Part shown: piece by piece, positions 46,509 through 54,549 of the stretch | Numbering within the stretch: the first letter of the stretch is position 1 | Layout: every line of letters starts with the position of its first letter | Source: Chthoniobacterales bacterium | GTDB taxonomy: Bacteria; Verrucomicrobiota; Verrucomicrobiia; Chthoniobacterales; DASVRZ01 | NCBI GenBank assembly: GCA_038228695.1 | Contig: JBBRPA010000002.1 | Coordinates: 32,080 to 96,079, forward strand | Length of the DNA stretch: 64,000 bases | Reading direction: 5' to 3' | Translations under genes and position numbers: made by a program | The notes under the pieces: model-generated | What the model saw: only the letters and a program-made list of their open reading frames with translations | The model's database searches: none | Told to the model about the DNA's origin: nothing

Positions 46509-47696
46509 ATGCTGCGGACCCGACAAGATTTTGAACAACTGGAGATTTCCAGCCTAGCGCCCTACGCTCAGAAATCAGCCGAGTCCGCTGGCCGACCGCA
46601 CGCGGAGAAACCCCACGCCTTTCGGACCGAGTTCCAGCGCGACCGAGCCCGCATCATTCATTCTCGTGCCTTCCGCCGACTGGAATACAAAACCCAAGTC
46701 TTTCTCAACGGCACGGGCGACCACCTGCGCACGCGTCTGACGCACACGATCGAGGTCGCCTCGGTCAGCCGCACGATCGCCCGCGCTCTCGGGCTCAACG
46801 AAGACCTCGCCGAGACCATTGCCCTTGCTCACGACCTCGGTCACGCCCCGTTCGGGCATCCCGGTGAACAAACCCTCAACGATCTGATGAAAGATCACGG
46901 CGGCTTCGAACATAACGTCCAGAGCCTGCGGGTGGTCGAGCTGCTCGAAAACAAATATCCGCGGTTTTCGGGCCTGAACCTCTCCGCTGAAGTGCTCCAC
47001 GGCCTCCGCAAACACGAAGCCTTTCGCCCTGGGGCCATGGAGGGAAGTGCTCCCTCGCTCGAAGCCCAAGTCGCGAACATTGCCGACGAAATCACCTACT
47101 ACAGCCACGATCTCGACGACGGGATCGACTGCGAGCTGCTCGCGATCGACCAATTGAAAAAGAACGGCCTCTGGAGCGAGACCTCCGCGCGAGTAGCCAA
47201 AGCCCATCCGCGGTTGCGCGAGGCCGATTTCCCAACGTTCGTCATTCGCCTTCTGATCGACCGCCTCGTCGAGGACGTCATTACCACCAGCGCCCGGCTC
47301 ATTGAAAAAGCCAACCCGCAGTCTGCCAAGGACGTTGCTCGGCAAAAGGCCCCGCTCATCGCCCACAGTCCGGCGATTCTGAAAGCCACCGGCCAGCTCC
47401 GTAAATTCCTCTACGAAAATCTCTACTACCACCCAAAGGTGGCCGAGGCGAACGAGCGGGCCTGCACGATGTTGAAAAACGTTTTTAACGCCTACGTCTC
47501 CTGCCCGTCGCTCCTCGGAAAAGCCGCGACTGCCCGGGTCAGAAAAGAAGGTTTGCACCGGACGATCTGCGATTACCTTTCTGGGATGACCGACCGCTAC
47601 CTGATGGAAGAGCACCAGAAACTTTTCCTTGAGGAAGGCATGCTCCGCGCTCTGCGTGGCGGCCGCGACACCCAACTGAGCCGCCTCGTCGAATAG
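46509..47696 (+). CDS. dgt: dGTP triphosphohydrolase-like HD-domain protein
   Basis: FQRDRARIIHSRAFRRLEYKTQV, RLTHTIEVASVSR and AHDLGHAPFGH. Confidence 0.9.
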   Translation: MLRTRQDFEQLEISSLAPYAQKSAESAGRPHAEKPHAFRTEFQRDRARIIHSRAFRRLEYKTQVFLNGTGDHLRTRLTHTIEVASVSRTIARALGLNEDLAETIALAHDLGHAPFGHPGEQTLNDLMKDHGGFEHNVQSLRVVELLENKYPRFSGLNLSAEVLHGLRKHEAFRPGAMEGSAPSLEAQVANIADEITYYSHDLDDGIDCELLAIDQLKKNGLWSETSARVAKAHPRLREADFPTFVIRLLIDRLVEDVITTSARLIEKANPQSAKDVARQKAPLIAHSPAILKATGQLRKFLYENLYYHPKVAEANERACTMLKNVFNAYVSCPSLLGKAATARVRKEGLHRTICDYLSGMTDRYLMEEHQKLFLEEGMLRALRGGRDTQLSRLVE

Positions 47697-47708
47697 AGCT
47701 GACTTGTC

Positions 47709-48020
47709 ATGACGCATCTCACTCTTACCAACGTCCAGCCGATCGGCGAGGAAATCGCCTTTGCCTGGGCCGACGGCGTCGAGAGTTATCTGCGACTGGA
47801 GCACGTGCGCCGGGCTTGTCCCTGTGCGGCCTGCGGCGGCGAACCGGACGTGCTCGGAAACGTCATCCAACCCAATGTAACCTACGCGCCGGATAGTTTT
47901 CATCTGACTAGTCATCACAATGTCGGAGGCTACGGCTGGCAGCCGACGTGGGCAGACGGGCACAACACGGGGATCTATTCCTATGCCTATCTCCGGCGGT
48001 TGGCGGAGGCGATGACGTGA
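47709..48020 (+). CDS. DUF971-like protein
   Basis: LRLEHVRRACPCAACGGE and the C-terminal GIYSYAYLRRL resemble DUF971 (gamma-butyrobetaine hydroxylase N-terminal-like). Confidence 0.7.
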   Translation: MTHLTLTNVQPIGEEIAFAWADGVESYLRLEHVRRACPCAACGGEPDVLGNVIQPNVTYAPDSFHLTSHHNVGGYGWQPTWADGHNTGIYSYAYLRRLAEAMT

Positions 48021-48493
48021 AACCGGGCACTCGGGCATGGTTCTGCGGAGCGCTTGGCGGCCTTGCTGCCGGAATCCTCGTGATGCATCGTTTTTCGGCC
48101 AGCCCGGCCGCTGCCAAGGCCGAACCCGCGGGCAATCCGCATGAGCTTTACCAGCTTGCCGGGAACCAAATTGCCGCTTTCCGGCGCGACGATTTTCCCT
48201 CCGCCTACAATTACGCGGCGCGGGGGATCCGCGAAAAATTCCCACTGCCGCAATTTGAGGAGATGGTCCGTCAGACCTACCCGCATTTGACCCATTCCGG
48301 ACGGTTGAATTTTGGCGAGGCGCAGTTTGCTGCGACCATTCGGGCATCTGCCATGATTTATGTCAGCAACGGCCAGCAGTCGCTCCCGATGATCTATGCG
48401 TTTGTGAAGGAAAACGGTCAGTGGAAAATCGAAGGCGTGCAGATGCTGCAAGGCGGGGCGAAGATCTTTCCCGGTGGGGAACCGCGCACCTAA
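48017..48493 (+). CDS. DUF4864-like protein with N-terminal anchor/signal
   Basis: The GTG at 48017 forms a GTGA overlap with the upstream stop. Hydrophobic N-terminus, then IAAFRRDDFPSAYNYAA..IREKF...NGQWKIEGVQ, as in DUF4864. Confidence 0.6.
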   Translation: MKPGTRAWFCGALGGLAAGILVMHRFSASPAAAKAEPAGNPHELYQLAGNQIAAFRRDDFPSAYNYAARGIREKFPLPQFEEMVRQTYPHLTHSGRLNFGEAQFAATIRASAMIYVSNGQQSLPMIYAFVKENGQWKIEGVQMLQGGAKIFPGGEPRT

Positions 48494-48665
48494 GCCCGGA
48501 GGAGCGGAAAAAATCGCGTCGTTTCTGCAATAAATTGCGCTTGCCACGATCTTGGCGGCTCCCTACGCTCCGACAAGTCCCGATGTGCCGCCCAGGCCGT
48601 CGGGACTGTTTCGCGTTGCAGGGCGCGAAGTAGCGGTTCCCAAACAATTTTCTCCTTCAATTTTC

Positions 48666-49934
48666 ATGGCTAACACAATTCTCGTCGGCGCCCAGTGGGG
48701 CGACGAAGGCAAAGGCAAAATCATCGACTTCCTCACCGAAGACGCCGACATCGTCGTCCGCAGTCAAGGCGGCAACAACGCCGGGCACACCGTGGTCATC
48801 GGCGAAGACAAATACATCCTGCACCTCATTCCCTCGGGCATTTTGCGCCGGGAAAAAGTCTGCGTGATCGGCAACGGCGTGGTCATTGATCCGATCGCGC
48901 TCGTTAAAGAACTCGACGGATTGGCGGAGAAGGGGATGGCCGTTTCCGAGAATCTCCTCATCAGCGATTGCGCTCACCTCGTTTTCCCGTATCACCGCCT
49001 GCTCGACGAACAGCGCGAAGTCCTCAAAGGCAAAAACAAAATCGGCACGACCAAGCGCGGGATTGGCCCGGCTTACGGCGATAAGGCGGCCCGCGTCGGT
49101 CTGCGCATCTGCGACCTCATGCAGCCGACCGTTTTTGCCGAAAAACTCAAGCTGCGCATCGAGGAAAACAACCACGTGCTGGCCGCCCTCGGAGCTGCCA
49201 TCGTGAGCTACGACGAGATTCTCGCTGCGTATCTCGCTGCCGCCGAGCGGCTCCGTCCTTTTGTGACGAACACCGTCGTTTACCTTCACGACGCGATTCG
49301 CTCCGGAAAAAACATCCTTTTCGAGGGGGCCCAAGGCACATTCCTCGATCTCGATCACGGCACTTATCCGTATGTCACCAGCTCGAATACCACGGCCGGT
49401 GGCGCCTGCACCGGCTCCGGGGTTCCTCCGCACCGGATGGATCGCGTTTTTGGGGTGATGAAAGCTTACATGACCCGCGTGGGCGAGGGGCCGTTCCCGA
49501 GTGAATCGGCCGAAGTCTCCGATCTGCTCCATGGGATGGGGCGCGAATACGGTTCGACGACTGGGCGGGCTCGGCGCTGCGGCTGGTTCGATGCCGTCGC
49601 CACGCGCTACGCCACGATGATCAACGGGATCGACGACCTCGCTGTGACCAATCTGGACGGCCTCGATTCGGTGGAAACTCTTCACATCTGCACTGGCTAC
49701 CTTTTCCATGGAGAAATCCTCTCCGTGCCGCCTTCCGACGTGGCCCAACTCGAAAAATGCGAGCCAGTTTACGAATCTATGCCGGGTTGGAAAAGCTCCA
49801 CGGAGAACTTCCAGTCCTTCGCTGAGTTGCCGGAAGCGGCCCGGAATTATCTGGCCCGGATCACGGAACTGACCGGCGCCCGTCTCAGCATAGTCAGCGT
49901 TGGCCCGAGCCGTGCGCAAACCTTTGTTCTGTAG
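48666..49934 (+). CDS. purA: adenylosuccinate synthase
   Basis: VGAQWGDEGKGKIIDFL, GGNNAGHT and GTTKRGIGPAY. ATG at 48666. Confidence 0.95.
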   Translation: MANTILVGAQWGDEGKGKIIDFLTEDADIVVRSQGGNNAGHTVVIGEDKYILHLIPSGILRREKVCVIGNGVVIDPIALVKELDGLAEKGMAVSENLLISDCAHLVFPYHRLLDEQREVLKGKNKIGTTKRGIGPAYGDKAARVGLRICDLMQPTVFAEKLKLRIEENNHVLAALGAAIVSYDEILAAYLAAAERLRPFVTNTVVYLHDAIRSGKNILFEGAQGTFLDLDHGTYPYVTSSNTTAGGACTGSGVPPHRMDRVFGVMKAYMTRVGEGPFPSESAEVSDLLHGMGREYGSTTGRARRCGWFDAVATRYATMINGIDDLAVTNLDGLDSVETLHICTGYLFHGEILSVPPSDVAQLEKCEPVYESMPGWKSSTENFQSFAELPEAARNYLARITELTGARLSIVSVGPSRAQTFVL

Positions 49935-49950
49935 GTAGTTGCGGACTGGG

Positions 49951-50328
49951 TCACTCCGCCGGCTTGAAATCAAGCGAGGCGGAATTCATGCAGTAACGCA
50001 GACCCGTTGGAGCAGGGCCGTCGTCGAAAACGTGACCCAAATGGCTGCCGCATTTTGCACAGACCGACTCGGTGCGAACCATGCCGTGTGAACGATCCTG
50101 GATGTCTTTGACTTTCGACGGCTCGGCAGTTTCATAAAAACTCGGCCAGCCCGTGCCGGAGTCGAATTTCGTCGAGGAATCGAAAAGTAACTCCCCGCAA
50201 GCGACGCAATGGTATTTTCCGGGTTTCTTATTGTCCCAAAAGGCGTTGCGAAACGGCGGTTCGGTGCCGCCTTGACGGGCGACGCGGTATTGTTCCGGGG
50301 TCAGTTTTTTGGCGTAATCGTCTTCCAT
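49951..50328 (-). CDS. msrB: peptide-methionine (R)-S-oxide reductase
   Basis: Zn-binding CxxC pairs (HCVACG, CAKCG), GTGWPSF, and the catalytic RYCMNS. ATG at 50328. Confidence 0.9.
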   Translation of the reverse strand: MEDDYAKKLTPEQYRVARQGGTEPPFRNAFWDNKKPGKYHCVACGELLFDSSTKFDSGTGWPSFYETAEPSKVKDIQDRSHGMVRTESVCAKCGSHLGHVFDDGPAPTGLRYCMNSASLDFKPAE

Positions 50329-50597
50329 GAGGCGGAAAATACGACAAGCCTGCCAGGAAAGCAAAAATGACGATCACGAGGACCGCCATTTTCGCCTTCA
50401 CTGGCATGAAGCTTGGATTCTAGCAGGTCCCCTGTTGTGCACAGGACTTCTAGCCAGCTTACGTCTGGACCGGGGAATGGCTTCCCCGAAAATTATTATT
50501 GAGTCTCATAGGAGCAATACGCGGGCCAAGTGCTGAGCTTTTCTCGGGGCGATTTCTTCTATTCGAATTACGTGCGGCACGGTTTGTTGAGCGTAAA

Positions 50598-50631
50598 GAA
50601 AAAAGCCGGACTCTTGCGAATCCGGCTTTTT
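50598..50631 (-). terminator. rho-independent (bidirectional-looking) terminator just downstream of rplK
   Basis: GCCGGA (50605-50610) pairs with TCCGGC (50621-50626) around a 10-nt loop. It is flanked by an A-run on the left and a T-run on the right, so the minus-strand transcript reads as hairpin plus UUUUUU. Confidence 0.65.
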
Positions 50632-50683
50632 GAACGTGTCCGGGAAGACACGCCTAGTGGGAAATGTGGGAAATGTGGGGAGT

Positions 50684-51109
50684 TTAGCCCTCGATCTCGA
50701 TGCCCATCTGGCGGGCGGTTCCGGCAATAATGCGGAATCCAGCCTCGTCCGTGCGGGAGTTGAGGTCCTTGGCCTTAATTTTCACGATGTCCATGATCTG
50801 TTTTTTGGTCAGTTTGGCCACTTTGATCTTGTTAGGCTCTTTCGAGCCAGAGGCGATGTTGGCGGCTTTTTTGAGGAGCACACCAGCGGGCGGGCTTTTC
50901 GTGATGAAAGTGAACGATTTATCTTTGTAAACCGTGATGACGACGGGAAGGATGTCGCCCGCTTGTTTCTGGGTGGCGGCGTTGAATTCTTTGCAGAACG
51001 CCATGATGTTGACGCCCTGTTGACCGAGGGCGGGTCCGACGGGAGGCGCAGGGTTTGCCGCGCCAGCGGGGATTTGTAGTTTGATTTGACCGACGACTTC
51101 TTTTGCCAT
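50684..51109 (-). CDS. rplK: 50S ribosomal protein L11
   Basis: [43 protein letters not shown]. Confidence 0.95.
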   Translation of the reverse strand: MAKEVVGQIKLQIPAGAANPAPPVGPALGQQGVNIMAFCKEFNAATQKQAGDILPVVITVYKDKSFTFITKSPPAGVLLKKAANIASGSKEPNKIKVAKLTKKQIMDIVKIKAKDLNSRTDEAGFRIIAGTARQMGIEIEG

Positions 51110-51210
51110 GTTGAGTAATTAAGTGATGTGCTGAAACGGTGACCAGTGAGGCGGTCTGAGTCGTTTTAGCGGAGTGTCTGTTTTGTGCGTAAAATGTTGC
51201 GGGAGAGGGG

Positions 51211-51780
51211 TTAGGCGCGCTCGACCTGCCAGTATTCGAGTTCGACGAGGGTGTTGCGGCCGAAGATGCTGACCGAGACTTGGATTTTGCCACGTTCGGG
51301 GTCGATTTCTTCGACGATACCAGCTTGGTTTTGGAAGGGGCCATCGGCGACTTTGACGGCTTCGCCGATTTCGAAGTTGACCTTTGGTTTGACCTTTTCG
51401 TCTGCGGCGCGGGCTTGGGAAAGAATGTTTTCGACGTCCTTAGCGGAGATCGGGAGTGGGCGATCTTTGTTTCCAGCGAAACCGATCACGCCAGTGGTCT
51501 CACGGATGAAATACCATGTGCGGGCAACGAGTTGGTTGCTTTCGTCGAGCAGATGCATGTTCGCGATGACGTAGCCGGGCATTAGTTTGCGGGTCGTCTC
51601 GGTCTTTTTGCCGCGCTTGATTTCAGAGACGCGCTCGGTGGGGACGAGAATCTCATAGACGAGATCGCCCATTTCGTCGCTTTTGACGCGTTTGTTGAGA
51701 TTATCTGCCACTTTGTTCTCCTGTCCGGAGAGCACTTGGATGGCATACCATTGATCTTTAGGTGCGATTGCGAGCGGCAT
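51211..51780 (-). CDS. nusG: transcription termination/antitermination protein NusG
   Basis: WYAIQVLSGQENKV NGN domain and the C-terminal KOW region (VKVADGPFQNQAGIVEEID). Confidence 0.95.
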   Translation of the reverse strand: MPLAIAPKDQWYAIQVLSGQENKVADNLNKRVKSDEMGDLVYEILVPTERVSEIKRGKKTETTRKLMPGYVIANMHLLDESNQLVARTWYFIRETTGVIGFAGNKDRPLPISAKDVENILSQARAADEKVKPKVNFEIGEAVKVADGPFQNQAGIVEEIDPERGKIQVSVSIFGRNTLVELEYWQVERA

Positions 51781-51817
51781 GGAAAGTATTAGAAAGAAAT
51801 TTGTGGAGCAGGGGGGA

Positions 51818-52027
51818 CTATTTCGTCAGCCAACCGACGACGATAAGCAGAATGTAATCCCAGAAGGCAATGAACGCGCTCATGAGAAGAATGCCGATAA
51901 CGGTAACCGAGGTGGAGTCGATGATCTCTTTGTAGCGTTTGGCGCCTTTTTCCTTGTTATCCCAAGGCCAGGAGGCTTTGGCGAGTTCGGTTCGGACTTC
52001 GCTGATAAACTTAGTGGGGCTGGCCAT
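51818..52027 (-). CDS. secE: preprotein translocase subunit SecE
   Basis: 69 aa. FISEVRTELAKASWP followed by a single TM helix, positioned between tRNA-Trp and nusG. Confidence 0.85.
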   Translation of the reverse strand: MASPTKFISEVRTELAKASWPWDNKEKGAKRYKEIIDSTSVTVIGILLMSAFIAFWDYILLIVVGWLTK

Positions 52028-52088
52028 GGTGGAGTAAGGAAAAATTGGCTAAAGGAAACGAGTAACGGGTGGTGTGGTGGGAGCGGAG

Positions 52089-52161
52089 CACGGCAGGAGG
52101 GACTCGAACCCCCAACACGCGGTTTTGGAGACCGCTGCTCTACCAATTGAACTACTGCCGT
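52089..52161 (-). tRNA. tRNA-Trp (CCA)
   Basis: Hand-folded on the minus strand. Acceptor ACGGCAG/CTGCCGT, anticodon arm GCGGT-CTCCAAA-ACCGC, T-arm GGGGG-TTCGAGT-CCCTC. Confidence 0.9.
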
Positions 52162-52243
52162 TTTGTTCGCTTCAGGTTTGGCTGGGTTAAAACCCCGCTT
52201 TTGGCCAGAATATAGCGCAAAAGCGGGGTTGTTAAACCGGGAA

Positions 52244-53437
52244 CTATTCGATGATGTCGGCGATACGGCCGGCACCAACGGTTTTGCCCCCTTCGCGGAT
52301 AGCGAAGCGGAGAGTTTTCTCCATGGCAACCGGGGTGATGAGTTCGATCTCGACCGAGACGTTGTCGCCGGGCATAACCATCTCGACTCCTTCAGGGAGC
52401 TTGACGGTGCCGGTCACGTCCGTGGTGCGGAAGTAGAACTGCGGACGGTAGTTCGAGAAAAACGGCGTGTGACGGCCGCCCTCTTCTTTCGAGAGAACGT
52501 AAATCTCCGATTTGAACTTTTTGTAAGGCTTGATCGAGCCGGGCTTGGCGATGACCTGGCCGCGTTCGATGTTTTCCTTTTTAATACCGCGCAGCAAAAT
52601 GCCGACATTGTCGCCTGCGCGTGCTTCGTCGAGCAATTTACGGAACATTTCGATGTCGGTGACGGTTGTTTTGGCGGTCGGGTTAATGCCGACGATCTCG
52701 ACTTCCTCCATTTTCTTGAGGATACCGCGCTCGACACGACCGGTAGCGACGGTGCCGCGACCTTCAATGTTGAATACGTCTTCGATCGGCATGAGGAAGG
52801 GTTGGTCGATCGCGCGCTCAGGGAGCGGGATGTATTCGTCCACCGCGTCCATCAGGTCCTGAATGCACTTGGCCTCAGGAGAAGCGGGATCGCCGGAAGC
52901 GAGAGCCTTCGTGGCGCTGCCTTTGACGACTGGAATGGTGTCGCCGGGGAATTCGTAGCTGGAAAGAAGTTCGCGCACTTCCATTTCGACGAGCTCGAGC
53001 AATTCGGGATCGTCAACCATGTCGCACTTGTTCAGGAACACGACGAGAGCCGGAACGCCGACCTGACGAGCGAGCAGGATGTGTTCACGGGTCTGGGGCA
53101 TGGGGCCGTCGGCTGCGGAGACAACGAGAATGCCGCCGTCCATCTGCGCAGCGCCGGTGATCATGTTTTTCACATAGTCAGCGTGGCCGGGGCAGTCGAC
53201 GTGAGCGTAGTGACGCTTCTCGGTCTGATACTCAACGTGAGCGGTGTTAATGGTGATGCCGCGCTCTTTTTCCTCGGGAGCAGCGTCAATTTCATCGTAT
53301 TTGCGCGCTTCTGCGAAACCTTTTTTGGAAAGAATCGTGGTGATCGCTGCGGTGAGGGTGGTCTTGCCGTGGTCAACGTGGCCGATGGTGCCGATGTTAA
53401 CGTGGGGTTTGCTTCTGTCGAATTTGTCCTTGGCCAT
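52244..53437 (-). CDS. tuf: elongation factor Tu
   Basis: [23 protein letters not shown] and NKCD; 397 aa. Confidence 0.97.
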   Translation of the reverse strand: MAKDKFDRSKPHVNIGTIGHVDHGKTTLTAAITTILSKKGFAEARKYDEIDAAPEEKERGITINTAHVEYQTEKRHYAHVDCPGHADYVKNMITGAAQMDGGILVVSAADGPMPQTREHILLARQVGVPALVVFLNKCDMVDDPELLELVEMEVRELLSSYEFPGDTIPVVKGSATKALASGDPASPEAKCIQDLMDAVDEYIPLPERAIDQPFLMPIEDVFNIEGRGTVATGRVERGILKKMEEVEIVGINPTAKTTVTDIEMFRKLLDEARAGDNVGILLRGIKKENIERGQVIAKPGSIKPYKKFKSEIYVLSKEEGGRHTPFFSNYRPQFYFRTTDVTGTVKLPEGVEMVMPGDNVSVEIELITPVAMEKTLRFAIREGGKTVGAGRIADIIE

Positions 53438-53582
53438 GGAAGTGTCTCCAATTGTCTCTGGTAAGAGTCAGTTATGTTTTGTTGTTATTGTTTACGGTTG
53501 ATTGATTTGCAAATTGCTGGTTTTTCGCCCGATTTGCTGGCGCGTTGTCTCCGATTTTTAAGTCGGAGACAAACGAATATGG

Positions 53583-53655
53583 AGCCCTCAACCGGGTTTG
53601 AACCGGTGACCTCATCCTTACCAAGGATGTGCTCTACCAACTGAGCTATGAGGGC
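53583..53655 (-). tRNA. tRNA-Thr (GGT)
   Basis: Hand-folded on the minus strand. Acceptor GCCCTCA/TGAGGGC, anticodon arm CATCC-TTGGTAA-GGATG, T-loop GGTTCAAACCC. A genomic CCA follows (53580-53582). Confidence 0.9.
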
Positions 53656-53963
53656 CTATGTCCGCTGGGCGGTCTCTTGCGAAACCGATAAGGCCGGAGC
53701 CATATTTTGCAGCGCCGCATTCGGAACGAGGGGGTAAAAAACCCCAACCGAATCCACTTTTGCAAGCGTCTAACGATCAGGGCGGTCCACTCCCGTCTTT
53801 CTAAAGGCGAGTCGGAAAGGTAACGAGTGCGACGGGAGTGTCAAAGAGAATTTAAGGAAAATGGCTCTGAGGACGCTGTTTCGCAACATTCCGGCTCTTT
53901 CCGCTCTTCAATTTGGCTTTTACGCGGAAAAATCCACCCTGAAGGTCCCGATTCTCCCACTGC

Positions 53964-54545
53964 CTAATTTCCGCCAGCCGGTTCCAGCGTGCCAAGGTCG
54001 TCCGTCGTCCAGAGTTGCCGATCGGGTCCGGCGCTGAGAAGGCCCATCTGTATTCGGGAGACGGGATGAAAATAATACGGCGTGCCCCAGCGATCGCGGA
54101 GTTCGCCGCGGGAATTCAGCGCGGGTAAATCAGTCGGTAGGACGGCCAATTTCCGCGGATTGGACCCCAGCATGGCGGCAGTGATTTCTGAATTTTCTCC
54201 CCCTGGCGGATTTTCGCCGAAGATGCGGCGGTATTGTCCGAGAAGATTCTGGAGAATTTCGAGATCGTGTGTCGGCGGCTGGGCTGGATCATTTAATTCC
54301 GCCACGATCTCTCCCAGCGCAGGAATGAGGGTGACCGAGAGCGAGGGGGCAGGAGCGGGAGATTCTGCCGGAAGCGTCCGCGAGTCTGGCTTAGCAACCG
54401 ACGCCTGAGCGGTTTGATATTTTTTCGGAGTAGGAGGCTGGATTGGTGAAGACGGCGGAGCGGTCTTCTGAAAAATGACCCAGAGCGCGAGCCCGAGCCC
54501 GAGCGCGGCCAGAACGATCGCCACGGTGCTGATGCGACGTGTCAT
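53964..54545 (-). CDS. membrane-anchored Pro-rich protein with pseudopilin (GspG C-terminal)-like end
   Basis: N-terminal TM helix (VAIVLAALGLGLALWVIF) and a Pro-rich linker. The C-terminal RDRWGTPYYFHP...LLSAGPDRQLWTTDD resembles the DPWGNPY...SLGKDG...DD pattern of type II secretion G pseudopilins, but there is no prepilin cleavage motif. It starts 4 nt after the DUF1501 stop. Confidence 0.55.
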   Translation of the reverse strand: MTRRISTVAIVLAALGLGLALWVIFQKTAPPSSPIQPPTPKKYQTAQASVAKPDSRTLPAESPAPAPSLSVTLIPALGEIVAELNDPAQPPTHDLEILQNLLGQYRRIFGENPPGGENSEITAAMLGSNPRKLAVLPTDLPALNSRGELRDRWGTPYYFHPVSRIQMGLLSAGPDRQLWTTDDLGTLEPAGGN

Positions 54546-54549
54546 TAAC

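Noticed and set aside
46575-48347. 590-aa ORF on the minus strand spanning dgt and the two downstream genes.
   Set aside because: It is antisense to three well-supported plus-strand genes (HD-domain dGTPase motifs and others). Its translation is Arg/Pro/Gly-rich low-complexity, typical of shadow ORFs in GC-rich DNA.
48657-49973. 438-aa ORF antisense to purA.
   Set aside because: purA has unmistakable motifs on the plus strand. The antisense frame has no recognisable domain and a GC-biased composition.
50657-50681. Tandem 9-mer GTGGGAAAT x2.7 immediately after the rplK stop.
   Set aside because: It is too short for a meaningful repeat call, and no function can be inferred.
52163-53464. 433-aa ORF antisense to tuf.
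   Set aside because: EF-Tu is unambiguous on the minus strand. The plus-strand ORF is a shadow frame.
53780-53850. A possible SRP (4.5S) or RNase P RNA, suggested by GUCGGAAAGGUAACGAG, which resembles the GGAAGGAAGCAG / GAGGAAAGUCC motifs.
   Set aside because: The resemblance is only partial. The closing base pairs of a GNRA tetraloop helix 8 and the RNase P CR-I sequence are not present. A covariance-model scan is needed before any call.
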